From contig OZ004614.1 in the NCBI GenBank assembly GCA_963924565.1, positions 7,688,001 to 7,752,000 on the forward strand: DNA of 64,000 nt, in the 5' to 3' direction. The notes under the pieces are model-generated. The model had not been told where the DNA came from, did no database searches, and saw nothing but the letters and a program-made list of their open reading frames with translations. Shown piece by piece: positions 1 through 13,200 of this stretch (the first letter of the stretch is position 1; each line of letters opens with the position of its first letter). Both the position numbers and the translations under genes were made by a program. The DNA comes from Ascidiella aspersa. Taxonomy: Eukaryota.

Positions 1-2822
1 ACCGAAGGGGCGGCGGGTTTTGCTTCAGCAGCAGGCGACTCATCATCTTGAGTTTTTTTCTGCGTTCCATTATGTTCAAGGTCTTTCGCCAACTCGGACC
101 ACTGACTTGGCTTTTCAGGTTTCAACGGTGAACGACTGCGGTGGCGCGAACGTGTCTCTTCTGCTTTGTTATGATCGGCGTGAGATCGTTCGTCTAATCT
201 TCCTTCGCGCCTTCTTTCTGGTTCCGCCTGTTGAATCAAAGAATGGGAATACATTTGTTTTTAGATACTTGCTTTGTTTGGCGGTTTAGATGAAGAAACT
301 GAGCGTATCTTTTAGGTAAATGGAATTTTATATGCTGTTTCATGGTTGTTTAGATTTTAAGAGAACGGTACCTACAGGAGTGTTCTAATGACCCTAATCA
401 ATGACTTGAAGTACCGGTAAGTGGACTCGATTGACTGTGTTTAAATGGCTTGACTTAAGTCTGTTAAACAAACGACTTGACTTGGACTTGAGTTGTAAAT
501 TGGGTTGAAATTAGGTGTATTGATTAAACAACTTTTTTTAAACTTAGGTTGTTTTACGCAAAAAAAAATTTGCTCGCTTTGTGTTATTTTATAGTTATTT
601 CTCACAATCGTATGATTTTAATAGTTAACCGTTTTATTTTTATGTCAATAACTTAACTTGCCTTTGAGCTTTAATAATGACTCGGACTGAGTCTCAACTT
701 AAAAAATTGATAAGACCGTCATTTTTCACCAAATACTTGACTGTGGTTAGCTAAATATTACAAACAGTTCCTTTATAAGATTTGGCCAGAAATGGACGAG
801 CAGTGTTTGCCAGTTAACAAGTTGGTTCACTTTGCAAAATAAAGTGGCCTGTATAGCAAGGTGTACCTTCACTCTATGCTTTTTGTTTTGATTAAGTTCA
901 TGCTACCTGTATTTTATACCAATATTGTATTTTTTTAACTTTTCCTAGTAAATATTGGCAACATGGAGCGGTTGGATCTAGGATTAGTGTGAGGGCTTGG
1001 GATGTAAAACTGCAGTATAAGTTGGAAAATTACAGTCTCTAGGTTTTGCTTATGATTAAAAAACTGAATTTAATCTGATTAACTTTAATCTAGGTATTTT
1101 TAAAGCTGGTAAGTTTCCCTATATAAGTGGACAAAATACAAGTAGGCTCTAAAATATTTTTAAAATTATGCCTCCCTTAACCTGCACCATACAGGTTAGG
1201 GACAATTTCTGTGGTGACAACAGAACACTGTTTTGTTTCAATATTATTTGACACACTTACTGCTAATATCATAATACAAACTGTTCAGCCAATATCTTGA
1301 AAATTAGTCATTACATCTTGTATAATGATGTTTTTACACTAAATACAGCTGGTCACATGGATTATTTTCAAACAAGATTACTGGTAAAATTAAGATTATT
1401 TTAGTTGCAGATACTTAATGTTCTAATAAAACACAAAAACGTCTCATGTAAGTTTAATGGTGAAAATAACGGCCCAAATAGACATAAAAAGCGACATGCT
1501 TTAGGTTTCTGCAAATGCTCATGCCATCATATTTTTTCTGATGATGGCATGAGCATTTGCTGAAACGTTTGAATAATAAAGTATGTCGCTTTTTATGTCT
1601 ATTTGGGCCATTATTTTTACCATTAAACTTATGAACAGATCCGTATATAGTGTTCCAAAAATCTCACTAAATCATTATATAATGATGTAAATATAAAGTT
1701 TGTTTCACTAGAGCAGTGTTTTTTAATCGGGTGAATGGTTCACCCCAGGATGAATAAAATTTTTCCAACAGGTGAGAATTTTGAAAAACAAAATCAATTC
1801 TAAGTTTTTTTCCTAAGGGTGAATGAAGTCTGGAGATAGATGCTAGGGGTGAACAAAACTAAAAAAGTTTAAGAAGCACTGCACTAGAGCTAAAACAAAA
1901 ATGCAGTTAGTTGTAGCAAATTACCGATGACACCATATATCCAATTCCTTCTTTTCTTCTTGTTTTACCTTCCACAACCTGCTGCATTGTATTTGTGTAT
2001 TGTTCCTCCAGTCCTTTCGCCAATGCTGTTTCATCCTTTTCAGAACGAGATTTCTTTATCCAGTTATCGCTCGCTTCTTGGTTTTTGGCCTGGCAGAAAT
2101 AACATTTTATAATACCACAAGTGTGTTGGAATCAACGCCATCAAGAAAATTAATGGTAGCAGAAATCCACGAGAGCAAAACATTAGTCTTGTAAACAATA
2201 AAAACAAATTATTCTGGAATTTAAATGAAAAAAAATACTATTTAAGACTTGATCAACACAATTGTGATGGTATAGATAGCCAGTTTGTATTTTAAGGCAA
2301 TCGCTTCTAAAATTCTAAAAAAATTTTGAGGGCTGCAGGTGTGTTATCATGTTTTTTTTCTTTACACACCTCAGGTTTAAAATCCTGCCACTGCCACATT
2401 TCAATCTTTTTCTAAATTTAAGTGTGCAGCTCATTAAATTGCTTTATAGTCAAATAAAACTTAAAAATGTATTTTCTGAAATAACCCTAATTAAAATAGT
2501 CAGCAAGGACTAATACATATATAAGTTAATACAATAACATATATTTTTATTATTTTTACCTTTTTACCACCAAGAAGCCTTAGAAACTTGTCCCTTTTAT
2601 CTGGATCCTCCATCAAATGCTCCTAGAATAACAAAAATGATTTTATATCGTACACAACACATCTGATTTGTCATTGACATTGTCTAGCAATATTAAGCCA
2701 CTAATTAAACTGATTCTCAATTGAGTCAAAGTTAGGGCCTTAGATCGTGCGTTAATATAGTTAGGTATAAGTAGAGAAAAGTATACCGATTGTACATCTG
2801 CAGGTGGAATTTCTGCCGACAT
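1..2822 (-). CDS. C11orf58: Small acidic protein (SMAP-domain, C11orf58-like), 5' part; the gene continues off the left edge
   Basis: Exons 2787-2822 (MSAEIPPADVQS), 2560-2622 (EHLMEDPDKRDKFLRLLGGKK), 1925-2089 (AKNQ...LEEQYTNTMQQVVEGKTRRKEGIGYMVSS) and <1-227 (AEPERRREG...RSRHRSRSP...). All are phase 0 with GT-AG boundaries. KFLRLxG and LExQY...GxG are SMAP-domain hallmarks, and an N-terminal position fits C11orf58 better than KNOP1 or RSRC2. Confidence 0.8.
1445..1662. mobile_element. Fold-back Penelope-like remnant with hammerhead motif, in SMAP intron 3
   Basis: About 80-bp inverted arms around a short loop. CTGATGA T GGCA..TGCT GAAAC GTT lies at 1538-1569, followed by an AATAAA-like signal. 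The tail at 1636-1662 reverse-complements to GGAACACTATATACGGATCTGT, matching the 40621/52121 motif. Confidence 0.65.
1714..1881. mobile_element. hAT-type MITE
   Basis: CAGTG..CACTG termini with perfect 8-bp TSD CACTAGAG. Confidence 0.85.
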
Positions 2823-3153
2823 TTTTGTCAAAAATCAACCTTACCAACCAACAATACAGCAAAATTATAAACAACGGCAAACGATTTATTTTACTAATTC
2901 AGCAGCCCCGTTGGGTGCTTCACCGAACCTGCAACCTAAGTTTATTACTAAAAAAAATAAAAAGTTTTTTTAGAATGAAACATGAAAAAAATATTCGAAA
3001 CTTGAACAAAAATCTTAAATAAACCATTGTAATAAAGTCAAAATATATATAATTTTAATTTTTTAAGTTTAAATAAATGTTGTTTAACCAATTATTCATA
3101 GAATACTTAGTAATTAAGCAAAACTGTGTACTCAGGACTGTGTAGGCCTAATC

Positions 3154-3758
3154 CAGGGATGACGAACCTCTTCATCGCGCGGGTCACAAACACGACCTTG
3201 ATGCTTACAAAATTCTCAAGTGGGTCATATATCTAACAGTACACTAATTTCTTGCGAAACTTTGCTGTTGCGTTGTTTTATGTGTTATTGTCTGGGTTGG
3301 TAATTTTTGTATGTTTTCCAAATTCAGATACCCACCAATATTAAGAAGCTAGATAGTTAACAAATACTGCAGCATTTTATACGGAATTACAGAAGTTCAG
3401 CAGAAAGCTTTCCAGCATGGTTTGTCGGTCTGCGAACTCTTAATTTTCCAGGATCGCCACCCTTTAGGTTTACAGCGATAAACAAAAGGCTTTTAGTTGT
3501 CTGCTTTTCTGCACGCATTTGTGGACGTGTAGTTAAATAAGCCTAATCATCAACCCTAAAACACTTTTGCACGGCCGACAAATGGGTAGCCCTGATTTAA
3601 ACAGTATAATGCTATCTAACGAAGAGCGTTTTTTTTTTACATTTATTATTTCATGAAAATGATTGATAACATTTCGGTATTTTTAGAGAGACAAGTGGGT
3701 CATTAAAAATCTTTGGTGGGTCACGAAGTGACCGCGGGACAGTGGTTCGCCATCCCTG
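3154..3758. mobile_element. hAT-type MITE
   Basis: TIRs CAGGGATGACGAACC / GGTTCGCCATCCCTG; TSD GCCTAATC. Confidence 0.9.
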
Positions 3759-4529
3759 GCCTAATCTAAAATATTAAATTCACCATTGTCGTGTTTATAA
3801 ACATTTTTTTATATTTAATTGGTTCAGTACACTGCATACATTTTGTGTAAAACATTGAAATAAAAAAATACCTTTATTGTTAGGTACCGTATTATGAAAG
3901 CTACTGCAGGGCAGTTTGCGACAGAAAAATCAAGAAAAATAATCTATAGTTGTAAATCATTCATGTTTGACAGTGACTAAATGAGTCATACGTTTAGTTT
4001 GTATAACCAAAACGCTTCTTCTTTAAATACATTGTTCTACTAAAATTTGAACTGTTTTCCGTATAATTACGGTGTATTATGTTAATTCAATAAAAAATGT
4101 GATTAAACATGGAAGAGGGGGCGCCAAATTTATAGTTTGTCCCCGGGCGCAAAATACCCTCGCTACGCCTCTGCCGTATTATGAAAGCTACTGCAGGGCT
4201 AACTGAGTTTGTAAGGGCTGTAGCGAGTTACGCCTATTTGTTGTAAAGGCTGTGTGTTTCACCAGCGGAAAGCTTAGCATCAGCAATGTATTATGCGAAT
4301 CTGTGTTTATTGATAACAACAGAACGGAAATCAAATAACAGGAATTACGTACGGTCCAGGGTCTAGTCATAACGGTCCAGCATAACATCCTCTGTCTGTT
4401 ACATTATGTTAGTTTCTGTGGGTTGTCTGTCGTTCAGTTAAGGTGCACTCTCTTTTTTGTCAACCCCTTAATACACATCGATTGGCCGTTTAACAATGGG
4501 ATGTTAACGGGAGGTAAATACATCTACGT

Positions 4530-4895
4530 TAGGGGTTCTTAACCAGGGGTACGTGTACCCCTTGGTGGTACGAAGTAGCGAAGCAGGGGGTACGACATGC
4601 AGTGTGAAATTATGCGCTATTTAGGCATATTTGTGAAGAATGCGTTGTTTACTATAAGCAACAACAAAACGCCATTAGTAGGCCTATACTGACTGATTGT
4701 TTGTGTGTGAATATTGTTGAACTTACAAGACTGTTTTAATGCATGTATTCAACACGTAAGGTATGAATACATTGAGTTTAACTCCTTTAATTGCAATTAG
4801 ATTTACTTCCGTCGGCCATTATAGACAGGGGTAGCCTACGAGAAAATTTCATGAAAGCTCAAAGGGTACGAGCGCTAAATGGTTAACAAATAATG
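4530..4895. mobile_element. Degenerate hAT-type MITE
   Basis: Decayed TIRs, TSD ATCTACGT, GGGGTACG subterminal repeats. Confidence 0.7.
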
Positions 4896-5125
4896 ATCTA
4901 CGTGTAAGGCTACATTACGCTGCCAATATTTTATGTTGACGAGGACTGCATTAATTGGGTCACGTAATAAATTTTATATATAAAACTTAGCTTAGAATAT
5001 TAGCAACAAATAAATAATTCCAGTACACTACCAGCTGAACAAAGTCGGGATTAGTCTCCATCCAGTGACCCAGTGGTTGTCAACCTTTTATGAATCGTGG
5101 ACTTATGGCCACTTTCATTGGCTCT

Positions 5126-5379
5126 TAACGTAGCTAAGGGGGCGGTGGGGTACGTATGTCTATGGGCGCCAAGGTACAGGGGCGCCAAAATGAGGCTTAC
5201 AAATGCCAAAATGAGAATACTTCTTCTTTAAATAGAAATTTCTATTAACATTTGAATGGTTTTTCCGTATACAGTAGGGTGTATTCTGTTAATTTAATAG
5301 AAAATGTGATTAAAAATGAAGGAGGGGCGACAATTTTATAGTTTGCCTGCCGGCGCAAAATACCCTGACTACGCCTCTG
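5126..5379. mobile_element. Non-autonomous DNA-transposon-like repeat ending CTACGCCTCTG; partial second copy at about 4010-4173
   Basis: The two copies share about 160 bp (CTTCTTCTTTAAATA..GGCGCAAAATACCCT..CTACGCCTCTG) and GGGCGCC motifs. Confidence 0.7.
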
Positions 5380-5656
5380 CTCTCAACACTTTGTCCCCGC
5401 CTGATCACGAACTGGAAAAAATGCTTCATGAAACGTCATAAGATAGGCATCAAAAGTAACAAAGAAGACGGATATTTTAGGTTTAACTGGCTAATATTTA
5501 TAATATATGCTTATGTTGGGCCGGTTGAGAAGCCCTGCACTAACCAATAGGCCTACTGCAAACAAATTAAACCGCAAACAATAAAATTGTGGTGGATTTC
5601 TTACACGTTAGGCGCTTACATTGCTATTAAACTGACATAACGAAATTTATAATATA

Positions 5657-5692
5657 AGAGCCAGAGCCAGAGTCAGAGCCAGAGCCAGAGCC
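5657..5692 (+). repeat. (AGAGCC)6 microsatellite
   Basis: agagccagagccagagtcagagccagagccagagcc, read directly. Confidence 0.9.
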
Positions 5693-5899
5693 TGCACATG
5701 ACGCCCTTTGTTGCTCTTATTGCACATGTTAATTCCCCATGTTGATCCCAAGTGTCAACTTGTATATGCCAATTAACCTAGCGTGGGCGTCTTTTGACCA
5801 CCGAAGTGTCATAAACGAGTCAGACAATCATTTGACTAAACACTGCAAACACACACGTCACACATACACACACATCAAGTAAGACGCGTCTGATCACAA

Positions 5900-6260
5900 G
5901 CAAGCAGCCTTTGCGTATTGTTATTGTCGCATCGGCCACGTAACCTCTTACAACCTAATGCGGCGCGTCATTTTTTCACAGCAGCTGTGTTGCAGTGAGT
6001 AACAAGCAAAAGCCCGATTGGCCTGAGGTAGGCGCGGCGCGTTGTAGATGAAAAATTGAGCGGGTTCCTTCGATCGTCTCAAACCTTGCGTTGTTGTGTC
6101 GTTTGCAAGTGGGCCGTTACTTTTAATTGACTGCGCAGCGGAAGTTTTGAAACAGGCGATTCACGCTAAAGGTTCGACACGAGGTGTAATACATTATTGT
6201 GAAGCTGTCATCGGTAAAGATAGCGCGTTAAGGAGTCGCAAGAACAGCGGAAATTTTAGT
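5900..6260. promoter_or_regulatory. CpG-rich promoter- or enhancer-like segment
   Basis: Local CpG/GC enrichment in an AT-rich background, inverted CCAAT (ATTGG) near 6017, GGCGCGGCGCG, an ETS-like GCGGAAGT and no credible ORF. Confidence 0.3.
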
Positions 6261-7615
6261 GGAAAAGAGACAGTTAACCTTTTAGAGGGAAGTTACGCAT
6301 ATGCCCCTGAATATTAGTTTAAAAGTTGTCAATCTTTAGCGAATGAAGTTAGAGTTGTAGTTTGTGTAAGAATAGTACGTTCATCGTTAAAACTGAATTT
6401 TGCTTACTGTAATTTAAAAAAAAAATAACAGGACACTGTTGAAAGGTTTTGGAGGTAGCTTTTTGTCTTTTCGAGTTTAGTTAGGTCAAAATTGCTCGTA
6501 AGCTTTCGTTTTGTGGTGGCAGGTCAAAGTGTAACCGTAACCTGTTGTGAAAATAAAAGTGCTGACATATGGGGATAATAGCAGATTTTTTTAATTAGGC
6601 GATACAACTTTCCCTACTGCAATGTCAACTTAAAAAATATTAATAATTCTGAAATGAATCAAAAACGCTGCTACTTAAAGAGGTTTGTCAGAAAGGGTTG
6701 TTTTATTTTGGGCTTCAAATAATAATCAATACAACACTATTCTCATCAAACGGGAAAATTTTGTGGTATTTTCGTTGTCATGTAAAATAATTATCTTATA
6801 CATGGCGCAATGTTTTTTTTATTTAGGCGTCAATGCTGCGATAACAAAATATTTACACCCAGTTTCGAAATTTTAGTTAGCTTTCCGACATATCATCACC
6901 TTGCAGATTTATAATTATGGACACTAGCTTATACTCGCGAACAAACATCCGTCGTTTAACAAGTCGGAACAACTAGAAAAATATACATTCGACAGCTGAA
7001 TGGTGACAGGACGTGTATCCTGTACTCATTTTCAGGAAAGTGTTGTCAGCTAACAGGCGTCGTTCGTTTCGCAATATGCGGTGTCCAGATCTAACTTGCC
7101 TTTTATGTAGTTATCAAACAATAAAAACCCGGACTGTGGCACTTTTACCGAAACCTTGTAAGGCCACATCAAGGATGATATATTAAGGCGAGGTTTGCTT
7201 GAAACTTATAAGAACCTAGTTTTTGTAGACAATGGAAATGTTTTGTTTTTTCATGAAGAAAAGAAGAAAATATATGGTGTTTTTTACAACGAAATAATAA
7301 AAAACTACACATGGCAGAAAGAAATGATTTCTTCCCAAATGATTGGGGTGGCATTAGTGAAGTAATAAGCAAATGTAATAGTCAAGGAGAAAGTAGTAGG
7401 CCTACAGGTTGTGCTTTGTTGCTTGGTATAGGTTGTGCTTTGTTGCTTGAAGTTTTAGCAGTCCCAACAAAAATAGTCCGCGCAGGGAAATAAAACGCGT
7501 TTCTATGCTGCCGTATAGCTGCACAACTTACCTTATTCAAACAATGTTATTTTATAACAAAAAATGCCCCTGTATAACAGCGAAACAAGCCTTTGAATTG
7601 CCCGTCGTCTTAGGA

Positions 7616-7929
7616 CAGTGGTTCTGAACCTGGGCCGCGACGCCCTAGTGTGCCATTTCGAATGCTCAAGGGTGCCAATAGGTGGTATTTGAGAATTTTT
7701 AAGAATTTGATATTTACTAAATTTGTAAGCTTCTTGATACAACTATTGTGTACGATTAAATATCATTAATCTAATGACATTTTTCTACATGTCTTAAGTT
7801 GATTGGGTTGTTCCAGTTCGATTTATAGTGACATTTCAGTAAACACTTGAAAATTCCTGTCGGTGTGCCGCAAATCTCTTTTTTTATTTTGGAAGGATGC
7901 CGTAAGCCATAAAAGGTTGAGAATCACTG
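7616..7929. mobile_element. hAT-type MITE
   Basis: TIRs CAGTGGTTCTGAACC / GGTTGAGAATCACTG; TSD (T/C)CTTAGGA. Confidence 0.85.
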
Positions 7930-8710
7930 CCTTAGGATATGACACCGCCAATTAAGTCGCATAAGATAAAAGCGGTATGTTAAAGTTATTGATGTAGGGA
8001 GGGTCGTGACAACGCTCAGCACGCCAAGGCTGTGTATTGGCGCAAAAAGCGACGGAAGCACCCGAGGCCTCGTATCACTTCCGCGCGTGATCGACAAGCT
8101 AAGTGGCAAAAGGTTCTCGTCACGAGCTTTTGTAACAGCACTCGTTGTATGCCTATCTTATGAACATCACTCACCCTCCCTGTATCTAACTCGGCCCGCT
8201 TCGTTGGCCTCTGTCTTTATAGAAATACGTAAGTTACACGTTAGGGATGTCCCATTGTCCGATACTGTTGTACACGCTTGTGTATTTAACTCAGACACTT
8301 CTAAAGGTGTACCGTTGGACAAAACCAAGTCCATGGTGAAGCCAAATGTATGTTCGGCACTTCAGGCTGTTGTGCGTTAGCACAGAATTAACCATTAAGC
8401 AAAATTATCACGTGCTTTATAGGGCACCAAGATAAGAGGGCATCACACAAATTTTTAGCCGAATTTTTAATGGTGCCTCAGTGTTTAATGGAATAATTCT
8501 ATTTGGTCAGACGACTCAGACCTCAATAAGGGCCCGGTTGAAACAAGTTGTCGCTTTCTTTCTTTTTCAAGTATCATCTTAAACCTTTTTATAATAGCTT
8601 GCTGGTATGAGAACTATTTCCGAAACAAAAATTATGTTAATTAATCATAACTTGACCCTCAAATAGTAATCAACACTGAACCTTACTTATTCAATTCCGG
8701 TCCTCTAAAA

Positions 8711-9134
8711 CAGGGGTCGGCAACCTTTTTTGTACTGCGGACCGGTTTAAAACTCAAATTTGGCCGCGGACCGGCCTTAAAAACAAATGTTCAGTAAAGT
8801 AAATTTAGTGCAACTTTTAGAACTCTGAGCTTGTTTTGCGCAATCTGTAGGAATTATTATTATTTAACTTAATAAAACCCGCAACATGTCCCTCCCTTTC
8901 TTTCTATTTTGTGGTTTTGTCTTTTGTGCTGTCATCGTAGAAAATCCAGATTCGCACAAGTAAGATGTCTGAAATGGCAGCAAACAGCTGTAAGGCTTTT
9001 ATGGCAAGGTCAGGGTATTCTGGCAAGACCTTCATCCAAACATTGGTAAAGTAGTTGCATGAAAAGTTCATTTTAAGCAGCCATTATTTACCATGTCCGG
9101 CACCGGTCCGCCGACCGGCGGTTGCCGACCACTG
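8711..9134 (-). mobile_element. Internally deleted hAT (Buster/Charlie-type) transposon with a transposase C-terminal remnant
   Basis: TIRs CAGGGGTCGGCAACC / GGTTGCCGACCACTG and 8-bp TSD CTCTAAAA. The minus strand at about 8905-9060 gives frameshifted ..WMKVLPEYPDLAIKALQL/LPFQTSYLCESGFSTMTAQKTK.., the hAT dimerization-domain motif. Confidence 0.9.
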
Positions 9135-10120
9135 CTCTAAAAGGCATTAAACCTACCCTGGTGAGCCCGTGTAAGTTTTTCCCCAAACTCCCAGTGCGCT
9201 TGGCGTCTGTCATATGTATTTATCTCAGGGCGACTTTCTATTGAATAGACCCAACGGTTTGGTGAAGCTGGTGCTTCTCAGATGTTTAACGCCAAAATCA
9301 ATGATTGTGGCATTTGCGTTCTCGGGTTTATTTTATCTCTACCAGTTTAGGGTTTATTTCATCGGCTATGATAAACCTTTTAAGTTAAACACAGTATATT
9401 ACTATACTTGTGCCGTTTTTTTACAATATTGTAAAATGTAGTAATTATTAAAAAAAAGGTTGTTGAAAGTATAGTTCGTTTAGTTCCTGTAGCCATGTAT
9501 GCACCATGTTGTTGAGAAAATTTGTTCGAGTTGTTTTGCATCCGCAAAGTTTATCCCGGTGGTATTGCTCTTCAAAGGGTATCTATTATAAAAATACTGG
9601 AAGCTGTTAAAGTTGTTCCAGAGTGCACTAAAAATGCGACCTTAGAGTTTCCTTTTTAGCAACACATTTTAACACATCGCAAAGCAAAAGGCAACTGTTT
9701 ATATTTGTGAATTACTTCCGTTTGTTGATTTGGGTGTCTAATGCCTTTTGGCTTCGTATAGCTATGTTTTGAAGAAAATGTCCCACAGTAATTAGATTTT
9801 TTAATTACCGTTAAACGTGGGCGTTCATAGATGCAACGTGGTGCGGTTGCAAATTTTGCGGAAACTATCACAAGTGGAACTTATTTATACTGACGTCCGC
9901 ACACATTCTAAGCACGGCTACGGACGTGAGGTGTAGCAACCATTTATGTTATTGCGTTTGCGTTGCGAGACCCGCCTTCAAAATACGCCAACTCACTATT
10001 AATAGTTTTTTTTTTTCTGTGAAACAACCCCGTTTCTTCTGCTGTACAATATCGTCAGCGAACGCGTCTCTCAGTTACAAATGTTGGAGCTCAATGGTTG
10101 CAGGTTGTAGTAAGACGCAA

Positions 10121-10272
10121 TAATAATGTCAAAGCCCCTACAGAAGTAGGTATTATTTTGAACGTTTCGAATAACTCTTTTTCATTTTCAACATAGCAAA
10201 AAAAGAGTTAAAGAGTTATTCGAAACGTTCAAAATGTTACCAACTTCTGTATGGGCTTTGATATTCTTATTA
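10121..10272. repeat. Long fold-back palindrome, probably a decayed Penelope-like remnant
   Basis: Arms of about 60 bp: TCAAAGCCC.TACAGAAGT.GGTA..ATTTTGAACGTTTCGAATAACTCTTT and its reverse complement. GAAACGTT is retained but the CUGANGA box is decayed. Confidence 0.6.
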
Positions 10273-13200
10273 TGAGTAATAAACTTACTTTCCTATTTTA
10301 AAAATTTTTTAAAAATTGTTTTGTTTTTTCGAAAACAAACATGCCAACGTTTACGACACTTCCGGTCACGTTAACTTTGACATACAGGAAGCCGCAGGGG
10401 TGCATTTAGGTTAACTACCAGTGACGTAGATCATTGTTTACCGACGAGCGGATGTTTGGGGTGGTTGTAAGTTTATGTGGGACAATATGACGTCATCTAC
10501 TTTTTCCGGGTCACCCCGGTTCGTACCCGCCTTTTGATTTCACCGATTTGATCTAAGAACCGTTTTAAAAGTTTTATTTTAACGCGGAAATATTTAATAT
10601 TGAAGTCTTGTAATACTCGTTGTTTAGTGCAGAGATCACAAAACGTTTTTATGAGGAGTCTGATAATTGTAATAATGCCTGACAATCGCGGTCCCGATTA
10701 AAAATTTACTGTCGATTAACTTAATTATCGTTAAATAAAGAAAGAACGGCTATTTCACAAAAAACAGTTGTGAACCTTATAAGAGTGTCGTTAAGTTTAA
10801 TTTTTTTTCAATACCAACTTCCTGTTTGTTTCTAAATGCGCCATTCGTTACGTGTTTATCAACGTTCGAGGGTTTCTTTATGATGCCAAAAAGGATAAGT
10901 TATTTCAATTTTTATGGTAGGGTACCTTATTGCTAAACCAATATTGTTTTGTCAAAATTGCACTTTGTTGCTTACTCAATGCCGAAGCTATGATAACAGG
11001 GCTATGTAATTAGTCTATTTATTGTGGTATAAAATCCATTGTACGCTATTCCCATTTTTTTAAACCGTGACGGTACTTTTACTTTCAGAATGCTCTCATC
11101 GCTTTTCCTGTTTTAAATAAAATATGGTCCCTCTTTATGGGCTATTGTCTTGTGTCCAAAGTCTGTGCATTCAGCGGTCTTTTAGGTTATTGTTTGAACC
11201 CTTATTCAAAGGCCATTCTGTTGTTGAACGTTTTATCAAAAGTTTTATCAAAAGGTAAAGGGAAGTTTATAGTGTTTCGATTTCATTGTGTCATAAAAAT
11301 TTTACATTGCTTCAAATTTCACGGAGGGTATAGAATAGCTTCGTGGCCAATTTTAAGAAAATGAAGCAACTCGATTTACGTTTGGATTTGTATTGCAAAA
11401 TTACAACTGCGTCAAATGCTTGTTTAAATGGTGTTTTTTTATTTAAGTAGTTGGCTCATTTTTAACCTGTATTAGGTTAATCAGGGTGACTTTTGCCTGT
11501 GAATAAAGTCCCTTCAGTTGCTCTAAGTTTACAATAACGCTACACCACTTATTTCTAGCAGACCACTGCAATTCCACGTAGATTAAATATTAGAAACGAA
11601 CCGAATAACGTCAACACGTTCGAGTCAACACGTTTCTCCTGCATTTTTAAGAAATCGCTGTCGTTTTAGTCACTGAAAGGCGGTTGGTCATCTCAGTCGG
11701 TTGTCCAGAAATGCTACAGGAGCAAGTTTTAAAATAACTTTTCTTTGAAAGGGTCGCTTTACCCGGAAATCCGAAAGGGTATTTTGATAATTTGGTCGGA
11801 TGCAGAAAACTCGAAATCGTTTGTAGAAATTTAAATTTGATTTGTGTAGCTTTGAGATAATATAAACCTGTGTTTTTGCAACAAGGTAGAAAGAACTGTT
11901 CATATCGCACATTATGTTAAGATTAGAACGGCGGACACCAAATTGGGTCTTTGTTCTTATTCTATAGAGGTGTGAGTCTACTTTATGATGACATTGCTGC
12001 ATATTTTGCTGATATTGGATGATGAGGCACAAGCTAAGGCAGCAGTAATGGCGATAATGATAAGGCATTGGAACTGATCGAATTTGAATAACGGCTTCCG
12101 ATGCCGGTGGCAAAAAAGAATCGCTGATAAACTCGTTGCAGCCATTCACGATTTTGCATCGAACCAGGGTTATTGAGTTACTTACAAAGTTAGAAAGTTT
12201 AAAGAGCGCTTGTTGGTCAGCGTCGTGCTTAATCCTTATCAGAAAAGTAAAAGAAAGTTGTGCCGAACTGGCTTTTCTTTCTGTTTTTTTGTTGATTTAA
12301 CGACAATCCTGCGATTGAAGCAATGTTGTTTGAGTTTTAAGAAACAAAAGTTGACTATAATACAAAATACAATTTGTCTTTAAATAGTGCCCCCTGATTC
12401 ATTTATTTAGAATTGGACAAATACGGCTATTTACAAAGATTCATATTACAAAAGTGTGCGTAAGTAAGAATAAGATATGACGAAAAAGGTTGTAAACAGC
12501 ATTAAATAATATGAGAGATTAGGAGTAATTTAGATCGCAATTCATGAACAGTATGCAACGCAACAATCCACTACATTCAGGCCAACTAAGACCTCAACAT
12601 TGCTCAAGCGACTACTTGGTCACCCAAAGTTGTGCGACGACGATTTCCCCGGCACTTTGATAAGCTTTATCAGCAAAAACGCCCCTAACCCCTACAGTCG
12701 GCAGCACGCAGCCCACAAAATGGGGCGCGCGGCCAGGTTTCGTCACATCCGCCTATACTGCAACTTGCGTGCAACACAACGTCGCTTCCGGTGGCCGTGC
12801 TGCCAAGCTGATTACCCGAGGTTGAAAGCAAGTGACACACACGAGCTGCTGGGCTCTCGTCCTTGGCGACTTTGCGCGACGTAATTCGGTCGTCGGAAAA
12901 CTTGTCACCTTGTGCCAAGCGAGGTCGCTTAGTTTTCCGTGTCTTCGATCAGAGGCTTGAGTGTTGTTTGTGCCAACTTGGACGAGTACATTGATTTCAG
13001 CCTTTTAAGATAAGTTCAGAATTGAAATAAAACCGTCTCACTTTTCGCACATCAGATTAGAATGAAAATTAGAGCATTTTAGTATTTTTCTAAACTAAAT
13101 AAGATTACAGAAATGTGGAATAATCGAAAATAGACTACAATTTGAGCCAGAATGAAATTTACGGATTTTACATTTAATTTAACTTGAAATCGCAATATAT

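Noticed and set aside
8006-12149. ORFs 8006-8380 and 11688-12149 as genes
   Set aside because: Non-ATG starts, no recognisable motifs and no supporting exon structure; expected by chance.
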